Positions 25,284 through 37,215 of a DNA stretch of 64,000 nucleotides are shown in pieces. Both the position numbers and the translations under genes were made by a program. Below the pieces are notes generated by a model, which saw only the letters and a list, made by a program, of their open reading frames with translations, had not been told where the DNA came from and made no database searches. Each line of letters begins with the position of its first letter. The first letter of the stretch is position 1. Source of the stretch: Perkinsela sp. CCAP 1560/9 (lineage: Eukaryota > Protista > Euglenozoa: Kinetoplastea); NCBI GenBank assembly GCA_965644495.1, contig CBFFSA010000005.1, forward strand, positions 620,001-684,000, read 5' to 3'.

Positions 25284-25455
25284 ATGGGAAAGATTACTCT
25301 CGTGGATTCCTACCTACATCTTGGTCACCTTCAAGATGTTACGGCAGCATCCCCCATCAAAGATCGACTGAGATGAACATGGGCAGCGTTTCGCAAGCTT
25401 AATGGAATCTGGGCCTCACCACTGAGTGCTGCTACGAAATAGCGCCTGTTTGATT

Positions 25456-27235
25456 TAGGCTCTTCGTTAAACGCGGTGGTTGTTTTCAACTTAGAAGTCA
25501 CTCATGCTGCACTCTTCGCGTTGAAAACCACCACCGCGTTTAACGAAGAGACTAAAAAAGAAAATTTAGCCTGGAAAACGGAAAGATTATAGCCAAAAAT
25601 AGCCGAATATCGGGTAAAAATGGGGTCATTTTTGGATATTTTTGCTCTCAGAGCACTAAATCCGACATTTGCGCGTGGGAAATCACTCGTAGGCATGAAT
25701 GGAAGCCTACCGAACGTATTGGGTAGAGAATGCGACTCCAACCATACCATTCTTTCGACACAAAAATGCCCCTTGTTGTCCGAAAAATACTTTTTCACCT
25801 TTTTTAGTCAAAAATGGGTCATTTTGAGTGGCGCACCACGGTTCGAAGAAGGGATACCTTGCGAAAACAACTACCGAGAAAGCTAGTGTAGGTCCCAAAC
25901 TATCAAAATACAATAGGGGAAACGATTTTGGAAAAATATTTGTTTTGCCATTTTTTTCGCCAAGTTGAATTTTTTTTCAAATTTTTTTTCCGAAAATGTT
26001 CGAACTCGGCGGACCCGTCCTGCGGATACGGGGGGGGTCACCCCCGGGTAGGGGTGTGGAAAATGCGCGCCAAGACCCCGGCTACCCTTTCTGCGATTTT
26101 TTTCGAAAACTAATTTTTTCGAAATAATTTGCTCGACCATGACCGCCTGGATCCCCCCCCGTGGACCCTCCCCTGGACCCCCCCCTGGACCCCCCCATGG
26201 ACCCCCCATTTTTTTCAAATTTTTGTTTGAATTTTGGACCACGGGAGCCCCCTTTTATATTTTTTTCTTCTATTATATTACTGTGTTCCTCTTTATATTT
26301 TCACTGTTTTTGTTCACAAATACATGAAAATCACCCCATTTTCATCTCTACCCAATACGTTCGGTAGTCTTCCATTCATGCCTACGTAGTGATTTCCCAC
26401 GCGCAAATGTCGGATTTAGTGCTCTGAGAGCAAAAATACGTGAAAATCACCCCATTTTTACCCGAAATTCGGCTATTTTTGGCTATAATCTTTCCGTTTT
26501 TCAGGCTAAATTTTCTTTTTTAGGCTCTTCGTTAAACGCGGTGGTGGTTTTCAACTCGGAGAGCGTAGCATGTGTGACTTCTAAGTTGAAAACAACCACC
26601 GCGTTTAACGAAGAGGCTAAAAAGGAAAATTGAAAAAAAAGTGAACAAAAAAAGTGAAAATATAAAGAGGAACACATTAATATAATAGAAGGAAAATATA
26701 TAAAAGGGGGCTCCGGTGGTCCAAAACTGAAAAAAAGATTTGAAAAAAATGGGGGGTCCATGGGGGGGGGTCCAAGGGGGGGGTCCAGGGGGGGTGTCAT
26801 GGTCGAGCAATTTTTTTCGCAAAAATTAGTTTTCGAAACAATACCGCAGAAGGGGTAGCCGGGGTCTTGGCGCGCATTTTACACCCCCCTACCCGGGGGT
26901 GACCCCCCTGCGTATCCGCAGGACGGCTCCGCCAAGTTCGGATTTTTTCGGAAAAAAAATTTTGAAAAAAAATTCAACTTGGCGAAAAAAATGGCAAAAA
27001 AGATATTTTTCCAAAATCGTTTCCCCTATTGTATTTTGATAGTTTGGGACCTACACTAGCTTTTTACCCGAAATTCGGCCATTTTTGGCTGTAATCTTTT
27101 CGTTTTCCAGGCTTAATTTTCTTTTTTAGGCTCTTCGTTAAACGCGGTGGTGGTTTTCAACTCGGAGAGCGTAGCATAAGTGACTTCTAAGTTGAAAACA
27201 ACCACCGCGTTTAACGAAGAGCCTAAAAAAGAAAA
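25456..27235. mobile_element. Cluster of HINE-A copies in both orientations
   Basis: Large hairpins at ~25456-25555, ~26521-26620 and ~27128-27225 with HINE-A bodies between them. Confidence 0.65.
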
Positions 27236-27278
27236 TTATTAAGTTGTCAAGTTATTATTAAGCTTCAACAATTTAATA

Positions 27279-30035
27279 TTATTCCGTCCCCCGGTTTAGA
27301 AGCCCCGCTCCACTACGACATTCCTTGGTGATTCTTATTGAGCGGACGGATGCACCTATGTTAATATGAGCTTCTTTATCTTTATTAGGAAATGGGTCAC
27401 TACCTTCCTCCAAGAATTGTAAATCATATGAGTTTTCTTTTTCGACAGCACGCTTACAGAGACTCTTCCATTGTGATGTTTTAACGCGAGTATAATCCGG
27501 CAGTAGCTCGAGTGTGTGATGCAAAGTATCACAGAGTTTTCGCCAGTGATCGCAATCTTGGGAGTATACTAGAGCCTCTTCCAGAGTTATCCCTAAGTCC
27601 CTAATGCATGTCTCAGCTGGTGACATAGTGCGTGACGTTTCTCGGGACTTCCATTTCATGAGGTGCTTAAAAGTCAAGGAATGTCGGAGGATATGGCCAA
27701 CAAGCTTTGCGCGGCTCACGCGGTGTACGGTTGAGAACTGCGGCGTTCCACAATACAGAGACTCCAGTGGGTAACAGTGCTCAAATTCACCCAGCTTCGC
27801 GCATTGACAAGCGAATCTCCGCATCAAATTGATTTCAACCTCAATTGAGCGAATCATGGAATTAGGGATCGTTATAGCAGCTGCTCCAAATGTGAGTATG
27901 GGGTATACCAGGCAGTCAAATAATCGTAATTTTGTCGCCGCGCTCAGTGGGGATTCCCAAATTCCTTTGAGTTTCCGAAACCCTGCCCACGTTAGTCGAA
28001 GCCTATCTTGCACAGAGGAGGAATCATTGTACGCGTCTTGCATATTCCCTAAGTAACGGTATTTGTCGACATATGGCATCTTGCCGAAAAAGTTAGTACG
28101 TAGATCGCGCGTCCCACCAGGAATTTTTCCAAAAGCCAACCAAGCAGTTTTATTCTGGCCAACAGCGATGTGTAAATTAGCTTGTTTCGCTTCCTGTGCG
28201 GTAGAGTCAATCATCTTTGAAAGTTCACCCTTTGTGGGGGCCAGCAGGGCAATGCCATCAGCATAGTTAATATCCCGCAACCTCAACTCTTTGACTCCCC
28301 TGCTTTTGGTTCCGCTTGTTTCAAGAATAAGACCCAAGGGTTTCGTATCTAGAGCTCTACATAGAATGCGACCCACCACAAGCACGAAGAGATATGGCGC
28401 TAACACATCACCCTGGAGAATACCAGTTTTAATTGGAAAGCCATCCGTATTCCCGTTTGGCGTGCGAACAATCCCATTCAAACCGGTATAGATTGACATG
28501 ACGGTTCTAGTAATCAAGGGTCCTACATGAAAAGCACGGAGTGCAGCTCTAATTGCCTGAAAAGAAACTGATGGGAAGGCTTTAGCAAAGTCAAGAAACG
28601 CCACGGCAATTCCCGATTTATCTCTGGATGCTCGAGTCTTCGTTTCATTAAACAACAGCTGTGCCCCTGCAGTCGATCGTTCTGGTCGAAAACCAAATTG
28701 AGTCTCCCGAAGCACTGATTCAATCGAAGGCCGAATGCGCTGCAATATCATACTATTCATCAGTTTGACCACGCTGTTGACAAGGCATATGGGGCGCCAA
28801 TTATTGATTTGAGTGAGATCACTCTTTTTCGGAATTGGAACCTGTAGCACATTCTTCCAACAATCTGGAGCAACACCAGTTTCTGAAACATTATTGATAA
28901 GATCAAGGAGTGTGCGCCGTAATTCTCCGTGTTCCACCATTATACTAAGCACTTCGGCGGCTATTTCATCAATTCCAGGGGCTTTATTTCTTGCTAGCCT
29001 AGAGGCTCCAATCTGAAGCTCTTCTTCGGTAAATAATTCATCTCTTATTGGAATCAATGATTTCCTCGCCTCGTCGAATTCGATGTCCGGGTTTCCCTGA
29101 TCGTCGTTTCCTATGTTTGAAAAGAAATCGCGAACCACTTTCAAAGTCTCGTTCGTCGATGTAGTGTTAATACATAGGGTGTCGCGGTAAATGCCACATA
29201 TGTTCCGCAATGTTCTCCACGGGTTTGCCCTGTTAGACCGAAGCCCTTTCTCTATCTCTGCACACTCCCGAGAAATTTGATCCTCGATATACTTCCCATG
29301 TGTTTCAACAAGTGTCTTGAAGTGTTCTGGTTTCCTGCTTTTCTGAAAGACACGTCGGAACTTCATCTCTTCTTTTGTCTCGTTTGAAAAGTGCACTTTA
29401 TCGCAAGGATCTTCTTGGAAAGTCTTTAGTTCATCGCTCTTGGACATCTTTTTGCATACGCTTTTCATAGTGTCAGATATCGTTTCCCAAGTTACAACAG
29501 GTTCCTTTTGTATTGCCTCCCAAACTTTTTGCTGGAAAGTGACTCGATTCTTTTCATCACGTAATTTTATCCATGGAATCCAAGACGATCCTCGCTTACG
29601 CCCAGAGCGCCATTTGATATCAACAGTTGCCATAACTACACAATGTGTAGTTGGTATCGGTGACTTCAGAACTTTATGCCCGCATAGGCTGGAAGAAAAC
29701 CTGTCACCAACTAGAATGTGATCGAGTTGTCTCTTCACATCTCCTGTCAAAAGCTTGTTCGTCTCGGGGTACTTGCCACTATCAAGCTGTTTACCAATTT
29801 CTACAAAATCTGATTTACAGTTCTCGGAATTATTTCTGGATCCTATTAAATTCATAGATGTATGTTCCTTATGTTTGCTAATACCAGAGGGTCCTTTCGA
29901 GATTGATTTCATTCTGCTGAGCAGTTTTTCTTTCTTCCTCCTACAAGGAAGCTCACACGTCCATTTTCTTCGGATTGGGCAGATAGAATGTGCTGACTTG
30001 CAACCTATTGCCTTTTCGCGCGGTACGTCCAACAA
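27279..30035 (-). CDS. LINE polyprotein (end of APE, RT, start of RNase H), relative of L1; 5'-truncated and probably inactive
   Basis: 918 aa: RQLDHILV...TTH (APE), RT motifs, catalytic YADD changed to YADG, RNase H start degenerate (HINIGASV). Confidence 0.85.
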   Translation of the reverse strand: MLDVPREKAIGCKSAHSICPIRRKWTCELPCRRKKEKLLSRMKSISKGPSGISKHKEHTSMNLIGSRNNSENCKSDFVEIGKQLDSGKYPETNKLLTGDVKRQLDHILVGDRFSSSLCGHKVLKSPIPTTHCVVMATVDIKWRSGRKRGSSWIPWIKLRDEKNRVTFQQKVWEAIQKEPVVTWETISDTMKSVCKKMSKSDELKTFQEDPCDKVHFSNETKEEMKFRRVFQKSRKPEHFKTLVETHGKYIEDQISRECAEIEKGLRSNRANPWRTLRNICGIYRDTLCINTTSTNETLKVVRDFFSNIGNDDQGNPDIEFDEARKSLIPIRDELFTEEELQIGASRLARNKAPGIDEIAAEVLSIMVEHGELRRTLLDLINNVSETGVAPDCWKNVLQVPIPKKSDLTQINNWRPICLVNSVVKLMNSMILQRIRPSIESVLRETQFGFRPERSTAGAQLLFNETKTRASRDKSGIAVAFLDFAKAFPSVSFQAIRAALRAFHVGPLITRTVMSIYTGLNGIVRTPNGNTDGFPIKTGILQGDVLAPYLFVLVVGRILCRALDTKPLGLILETSGTKSRGVKELRLRDINYADGIALLAPTKGELSKMIDSTAQEAKQANLHIAVGQNKTAWLAFGKIPGGTRDLRTNFFGKMPYVDKYRYLGNMQDAYNDSSSVQDRLRLTWAGFRKLKGIWESPLSAATKLRLFDCLVYPILTFGAAAITIPNSMIRSIEVEINLMRRFACQCAKLGEFEHCYPLESLYCGTPQFSTVHRVSRAKLVGHILRHSLTFKHLMKWKSRETSRTMSPAETCIRDLGITLEEALVYSQDCDHWRKLCDTLHHTLELLPDYTRVKTSQWKSLCKRAVEKENSYDLQFLEEGSDPFPNKDKEAHINIGASVRSIRITKECRSGAGLLNRGTE

Positions 30036-30329
30036 CAGTCCCTTTCAATTTGTAGCTCTCTGAATTCTGCCGAAACCCCCACTCTATTACGCATTCAGTG
30101 CCTTTCCCCCATTTCGCTACGGTGTTGTGAACTTGATCTGCTGATTTTGTACTGTTGTTTAGCATCGCCATTTCTCCCTGATCAGCGTCGGAATCACTGT
30201 CTAGCGTCATTTGATCACGCGCAAGTTTTCCTGGCCAATTTTCTTTTTTAGGCTCTTCTTTAAACGCGGCGGTAGTTTTCAACGTGAAGCGCGCAGCATG
30301 ATTAACTTCTAAGTCGAAAACAACCGAGC

Positions 30330-31137
30330 AAAATTAGTTGGTCGTTTACTTCGCCACAGCACCTCTTATAAGGCTTCTCCTTATAAGCTTCTCCTCTGGA
30401 ATGGGAGAGAAAAGTCGCGTAAGCTTTCAGCGGCCAAAGAATGTATTCGTGACTTGGGAATCACGCTCGAAGAGGCCCATTTGCATTTTCGCACGATAGA
30501 GCTTACTGGCAGAACCTCGTTGAAGGTTTAAAGAATCAACTGGAACCCACCCCCTCACTTGTTGAAGTAACATCCCCGCGCTGGAAAACGATGCTCAATC
30601 GTGCAATAAGGTGTAATTCGTGTTACGACTTTCAATTCGTTGAAGAAAATACAACTCCTCTTCCAAGTATTTCCAACGAGGATCATGTGTACACGGACGG
30701 TTCGATTTACCACGAGCACGTTTCTTCGCAGAGAACAGGTGGAGCTGAAATTGTTACAGTTGGGCCAAAAGTCGCCATTGGGCCTCAGTTGGTGCGCTGC
30801 CACCCCCTCCTACTGAGCGAGGAAACTCCGGATAGGTCTGAAATTCAGACAATAATTGCTGCCTTTTCTTATTTGCCTGATGAAGCGAACACTTTCGTCT
30901 TTCACACTGACTCCGCCTACGTATGGCATTTTTTCCATGTGATTCGACATAAACAGCGGATCATTTGCTATACCGACGTTCCGAAAGGAGATTTGCTTCA
31001 GACCCTGGATTACACCATTCGCTCGCGCGAGGCAACTGGATCTACCATTTATTTATACAAAGTTATGGCTCACACTGGCAACCATTGGAATGAGGCAGGG
31101 GATCAATTGGCAAAACAAGGATCTCGGAGACATATAG
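30330..31137 (+). pseudogene. LINE 3' fragment with RNase H domain
   Basis: VYTDGS...SE..TIIAA...FHTDSAYVW...KVMAHTGNHWNEAGDQLAK in ORF 30591..; upstream AKLVGRLLRHS. Confidence 0.85.
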
Positions 31138-31547
31138 AAAAAAAATCATTTCCGGATTGCTCCGGATGGTCACTGGCAAGCCAGACCCTTCACAGACAGA
31201 TTTGGAAGTTCCGAGGCCGACGTCCTCTACCAGTTTCCGCTTTTCCAAGGCGGCACCAACATGCTGTTGCCAACACGTTGCGTCGACTAACTGTACGTCA
31301 ACACGGCTTGCCCAAGAGGTGTAAGCCGGGTAAGGGAGCTGGTTCACTGAGGGGAGGGCCAGGGACGGTCCTCCGAGTACTGGGCCTAGTCGGTTATCAG
31401 CCCAGCCTCTTAGAGTGAGCCCGCCGGGAATATTGCGATGAGCGGATTTGAACTCGCCGTCTGAGCACATCAGGAATGATATGTAGACCTTCGCGATACA
31501 TCTTTGAGTAGTCGAGCGTTGCAGGGCCGTAAAGCTCCTTACTGATC
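31138..31547 (-). mobile_element. SINE S1 variant with an alternative 5' head
   Basis: S1 body, but the A-box region is replaced by ggatcagtaaggagctttacggccc...ctacatatcattcctgatg; same head at 51268-51346. Confidence 0.8.
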
Positions 31548-34500
31548 CTCATAAAAGGCTTCTGCTTCAGCTATCTCGGAAGAAGGAGCCTCAAGTCGTA
31601 ATGATATAAACTTGTCTTTTGTCCACTTTTGTCGGATTACTAGGCCCGCTCCGCTTCTGTATTCTTGTTTGGTTTTAAGTAAGCGGACAGACCCATCGAT
31701 GTAAATGTGTACCTCTTTATCTTTGATGGGAAATGGTTCACTATCTTCTTCCAAAAACTGTAAATCATACAAGCTTTCTTTTTCGATCGCGTCTTTGTAA
31801 AGGCTTTTCCATTTTGATGTTTTAACGCGAACGTAATCAGGGAGTGGTTCTAATATTTGGTGTAAATTTTCACAGAGTTTTTTCCAATGAATGCGGTCTT
31901 GAGAGTACACCAGAGCTTCCTCCAGAGTTATCCCCAGATCTCTGATGCATGATTCAGCTGGTGACATGGAGCGCGACGTTTCCTTGCTTTTCCATTGTAT
32001 AAGTTCTCTAAACATCGAGGAGTGTCGAAGAATATGTCCTACAAGCTTTGCGCGACTGACACGGTGTATTGTTGAAAAGCGCGGTGTACCACAATAAAGA
32101 GATTCCAATGGGTAGCAGTGACCAAATTCATCCAGCTTTGCACATTGGCACGCGAATCTACGCATCATGTTTATTTCGACCTCAATTGAGCGAATCATGG
32201 CATTAGGAATTGTTATTGAAGCTGCTCCAAATGTGAGTATGGGGTAAACGAGACAATTGAACAAGCGTAGTTTCGTCTCTGCGTTCAATGGTGAATCCCA
32301 AATTCCTCGTATCTTTCACGGATGAGGAAGAATCGGCAGCGTCCTGCATGTTCCCAAGATACCGGTATTTATCGACATACGGGATTTTCCCAAAAGAAAT
32401 AGTACGAAGATCGCGAGTTCCGCCAGGAATTTTTCCGAATGCCAACCAAGCATCAGACTAAGCAGCCTTAGTCTGACCAACGGCAATGTGTAGATTAGCC
32501 TGTTTTGCCTCATTTGCTGTTGATTCAATCATTTGAGAAAGTTCACGCTTTGTGGAAGCCATCAGGGCAATATCGTCAGCGTAATTAATGTCCAGCAACC
32601 TTACTTCCTTGATCCCCCTACTTTTGGTTCCGCTGGTTTGAAGAACAATGCCTAAGGGTTTGTTGTCTATGGCTCTATATAGAATACGGTCTACAACAAG
32701 GACGAAAAGATACGGAGCTAAAACATCACCCTGGAGAATTCCAGTTTCGATCGGAAAAGGATCCGTGTTCCCATGCGGCGTCCGAACAATTCCCATCAAT
32801 CCAGTATATATAGACATAATTGTTCGAGTAAGAAGGGGCCCGACGTGAAAAGAATTTAATGCAGCTCTAATGGCTTGAAAGGAAACTGATGGGAAAGCCT
32901 TTGCGAAATCAAGAAAAGCCACAGCAATTCCTGATTTATCTAGTGATGCCCTAGCCTTTGTCTCGTTAAGCAATAAGCCCCTGCAGTAGATCGTTCGGGT
33001 CGAAATCCGTACTGACTATCCCTTAGCACTGGTTCAATGGAGGGTCTAATGCGCTGTAGAATCATACTATTCATAAGTTTCACCACGCTGTTCACCAAGC
33101 ATATGGGGCGCCAGTTAGAGATTTGAGAGAGATCACCCTTTTTCGGAATAGGAACCTGCAAAACATTCTTCCAAGAGTCCGTGGCAACCCCCGTTTCGCA
33201 AACATTATTAATAAGATCAAGGAGTGTGCTCCGTAATTCACTGTGTTCCATCATAATGCTTAGTACTTCAGCGGGTATTTCATATATTCCCGGAGCTTTG
33301 TTTCGTGCCAGTCGTGCTACTCCATTCTGAAGCTCTTCCGTTGTAAAGATTTCATCGTTAATAGGAATGGAAGACTTTCTAGCTTCGTCAAAGACAATGC
33401 TCGCATTGCCACGATCATCATTTCCTATGCTAGAAAAGAAGCCTCGAACCACTTTTAAGGTCTCATTCGTTGATGAAGTGTCAATACATAGGGTGTCACG
33501 ATAGATTCCACATATCCTTCGTAACGTTCGCCAGGGGTTCGCCCTATTAGACCGAAGACCATTTTCTATTTCTGTGCACTCCAGAGAAATTTGCTCTTCA
33601 ATAGTTTTCCCATGCAATTTAACGATTTCTTTGAACTGTGCGGGTTTCCTACTTTGCAGAAAAATATCTCGAAATTTCATCGATCCGTTTGTCTCGCCTG
33701 AAGAGTGTACGTTGTCATGTGTTACTGCTTCTTTTGTATCATCACTCTTACATATCTTGTTGCATACACTCTTCATAGTTTCAGAGAGATCACCCCACGT
33801 TACAACAGATTCCTGCTGGGTTGCCTCCAACACTTTTGTTTGGAAAGTGGCTCGTTTCGTGTCATCACGTAGTTTTATCCATGGTATTCAAGATGTGCCG
33901 CGAGTGCGCCCCTTCCGTCATTTAATTTCTACATCTGCCATAACTACGCAATGTGTGGTTGGTGTCGGTGCCTTTAAAACTTTATGCGCACATAAACTAG
34001 AAGAGAACCGATCCCCAACTAAAATATGATCAAGTTGCCTCGTCACTCTATCTCCTTCATTTTTCCCTGACTTGAAATGGTCGCCTCCACTGATGGTTTC
34101 ACTACTCTCTGCAACCTTTGATTTACAGTTATTGAACTTATCACTGGATCCCATCAAATCCAAAGATGTATGGCTCTGAATTTTGATATCATCAGACGGT
34201 CTCTTTAAGCTTGATTTCCCACCTTTGAGCTCTACTCCTGTTTTCTTTCTGCAAGGAAGTGTGCATGTCCATTTGCGTCGACTAGGGCATAGAGAATGTG
34301 CTGATTTGCATCCTATTGTTGCCATAAGACCTTTCAACTGGGAAACAGCCGGTGGGTCCATTTTCTTATTTGTTATTAAGGTAAGGGGTGCGTTGAAGCC
34401 CCCCATGACCAACAAAGGTCGTCGCCTCACCTTTGTGCCAACCTCACGGCACGCCTTTGCCACATCCCCCAGAAAGGCCGCATGTGCGGTCTCTGAGGAG

Positions 34501-35655
34501 TCCCTCGTAGGGGCGTAAACATTAAATAGCATACCCTTCCCTCCCTCAAGGGAATATTCAGCTCCCATAACCCTTCCACTCACCTTCCACACATTTCCTA
34601 GTAACCTTCGGCTAACGATAGCCATGCCGTTGTATGAATCCACGCTTGTGGCAGACTGAAGGTATACATGAAACCTATGTCCCAAATATTCGACCTTCCT
34701 ATAAATAATTCCATCCTCGTGAACATCCTTGGAAAATTTATACCTAGTTTCCTGTAAGCACATAATGTCGGCCCCCTTTTCTATCATGAAAGAGAATACC
34801 TCACAAAGACGAGTGCATCTTCGAAAGGAAAACTCGTCTTCCCCCTCAAGTTTTAGTGTCGTCACGTTCAGTGTGCTCACTGTCGTGTTTCTCCTCTCAG
34901 CGGAACCTCTAGGATTCTCCAATTGGCGTCGAGCATGCATGCCACGCAATGCCCGTGGTTTATGAGGGCTGTGACGGGCAGTTCTTCGGACCACTTTTTT
35001 AGGATGGCACACCTGCGCGGCACAGAGAACTACACCAGTAGAAGAAAAGGGGGGGAAATGGAGAGTTGTGTGCGGACGCTCCTCGTACCGCACGCGGAAT
35101 GCACCTGAACGACTTTCCGAGGAAAGCAATTCAGGATGCACCCCTAAAACACTCCCCGACCAAAGATAAAGTTTGCTACAGGTCTCGTATCTCCATACAA
35201 CACGAAGCGTTGACCCCAAGCGAGTAGTCTTACAGACTGCGCGCACCGCCCGCTGGCGGAGTTTAGCAAGCTCTTTCCCGACCGGAGGAAGGAAAACAAC
35301 TCCCCGAACACGCTTGGTCCGCAAAAGAGTTTCAACGGCCTCTGTCCCCTTCTGCGTGCCGGAAGCATCCGCCATATTTTTTATAAACGAATTATAAAGA
35401 ATGTGTTCATTATAAAAAATGTGTTCATTATAAAAAATGTGTTCATTATAAAAAATGTGTTCATTATAAAAAATGTGTTCATTATAAAAAATGTGTTCAT
35501 TATAAAAAATGTGTTCATTATAAAAAATGTGTTCTCCTGTCCCACCCTCTCTCTTTTTTTTTTTTTTTTATAAAAAATGTGTTCATTATAAAAAATGTGT
35601 TCATTATAAAAAAATGTGTTCATTATAAAAAATGTGTTCATTATAAAAAATGTGT
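31548..35655 (-). mobile_element. LINE family L1 with intact 5' end, several stops/frameshifts, 3'-truncated in RNase H
   Basis: ORFs 33918-35375 (MADASG N-terminal domain plus APE: TLNV, LQET, NVYAP, LDHI), 32940-33833 and 32458-32973 (RT, YADD), 31539-32288 (YIDGS RNase H start). Confidence 0.9.
35376..35655 (-). repeat. 18-bp tandem array (TTTTTTATAATGAACACA) at the 5' end of L1, in two blocks
   Basis: ~7 units at 35395-35532 and ~4.5 units at 35570-35655, separated by poly(A) and a 21-bp repeat of the flank. Confidence 0.95.
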
Positions 35656-36900
35656 TCTCCTGTCCCACCCTCTCTCTGAGAATAGCTCTCTCTGAGAATA
35701 GTATGACCCTGCTCGTTTTTTTTTCTCTACATATATACAAAATGCAAACCGTGTTTTTGGTGGCCAGCTGGCCACTTTTCGACGAAGCACAAACCGTATT
35801 TTTGGTGGCCAGCTGGCCACTCTTCCACAACACTCTCTTTTTATTTTTGTTTTTTAGCTGGCCACCCTTCCACAACATGGACAGCTGGCCACCCTTCCAC
35901 AACACGGCCAGCTGGCCACTCTTCCACAACACTCTCCCACCCCCGTGGGACTCACTCAGTGGACTCACTCAACGTGAGTCACTGCCCCACGTGGCAGTGC
36001 TCTGACTCTCTCACGTGCCACTGTAGGTACAGTGCCGATGCAGCCACTACCTTACGTGGCAGTACTCTCACTCTCTCACGTGCTACTGCAGCTGCACTGC
36101 ATCACTGCAGTCACTGCCTCACGTGGCATTGCCTCTCACTCTGCCACTGTATCTACACTGCGATTACTGCCTCACGTGGCAGTACACTTACTCTCTCACG
36201 TGCCACTGTATCTACACTGCAGTCGCTGCCTCACGTGACACTACTCTTACTCTCGCATGTGCCAATGCAGTTGCACTGCGATTACTGCCTCACGTGGCAG
36301 TACTCTCACTCTCTCACGTGCTACTGCAGCTACACTTCAGTCACTGCCCAACGTGGCACTACTCTTACTCTCTCACGTGCCACTGCAGCTACACTGCATC
36401 ACTGCAGTCACTGCCTCACATGGCAGTGCACTTACTCTGGCACGTGCCACTGCAGCTGCACTGCATCACTGTGCAATCACTGCCTCACGTGGCACTGCTC
36501 TCACTCTCTCAAGGGCCACTGTAGCTACACACTGTACCACTCGGACCTGCACATTATTTTTCTCTCTCTATATATATAAAATGCAAACCGTGTTTTTGGT
36601 GGCCAGCTGGCCACTTTTTTCAAGAAAAAAAAATCTGAAAAAAAAATCGTTCCGAATTTGTTTTTTTCGCGATTTTGAGCATATAATTTTTTTTGTTCAA
36701 AAATGTCGATGCCGGGAATCGAACCGCGGACATCCAGCGTCAAAATGGAACCCCTTTACCAACTGGACTACTCAAAGGACTCTCCTTAGTCAACCAGTTT
36801 GTCGTATCGCAGACCTTTGCAGACGCACTTTTTTTTACCAAAAGTGTTCTACAATTTGGGAAATGAGGTCTTTGTAGATGATTTTTCGAGTATTAAAGAG
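35656..36900. repeat. Composite satellite block rich in CAGCTG/CACGTG (27-bp units plus cacgtggca.tactc units), duplicated at 54760-56575
   Basis: ccagctggccacccttccacaacatgg and cacgtggcagtactctcactctctcacgtgccactgcag repeats, bracketed by direct repeats at ~35716 and ~36558. Confidence 0.9.
36704..36777 (-). pseudogene. tRNA-like sequence (A and B boxes intact, acceptor stem unpaired) followed by a T-run
   Basis: TAGTCCAGTTGG ... GGTTCGATTCCC-ggcatcgaca-TTTT; second copy at 56376-56449. Confidence 0.65.
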
Positions 36901-37028
36901 TTAAGGGGTGTCATGTTCTATATAAAATAACTAGCAATTGGTGAGCCCAAAACTAGCAAATGTATGTAAATTGTGCCGCTAACATGAAACAATAAAAATT
37001 AAAACAGAGAAACAAGCAAAACAAGCTA

Positions 37029-37215
37029 TTTTTTTTGAAGACCTTTGTTTTTTTGAAGACCTTTGCTTTTTTGAAGACCTTTGCTTTTTTGAAGACCTTT
37101 GTTTTTTTGAAGACCTTTGCTTTTTTGAAGACCTTTGTTTTTTTGAAGACCTTTGTTTTTTTGAAGACCTTTGTTTTTTTGAAGACCTTTGTTTTTTTGA
37201 ATATTCTTCAAAAAC
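37029..37215 (+). repeat. 18-bp tandem array (TTTTTTTGAAGACCTTTG, ~9.5 units) plus hairpin at the 5' end of L2
   Basis: Directly visible; ends tttttgaa-tattc-ttcaaaaa-c-ATG at 37216. Confidence 0.95.

Larger units (their letters stand above)
22430..26090. repeat. Right arm of a ~3.7 kb inverted segmental duplication of ~4800-8470
   Basis: Coordinates of homologous ORFs sum to ~30897 (5614/25283, 5395/25502, 8212/22685, 7174/23724). Confidence 0.9.

Noticed and set aside
34900-34930. 2A-like ribosomal skip motif before the APE domain (ENPRG; VGPGGP in L3)
   Set aside because: Does not match D-x-E-x-NPGP and is not conserved across the families.
36704-36777. Functional tRNA genes (also 13218-13312, 46015-46088, 56376-56449)
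   Set aside because: A/B boxes are present but acceptor and anticodon stems pair poorly; treated as tRNA-derived.
35376-37215. Short tandem arrays as CRISPR
   Set aside because: Units are contiguous with no unique spacers, and there are no cas genes.
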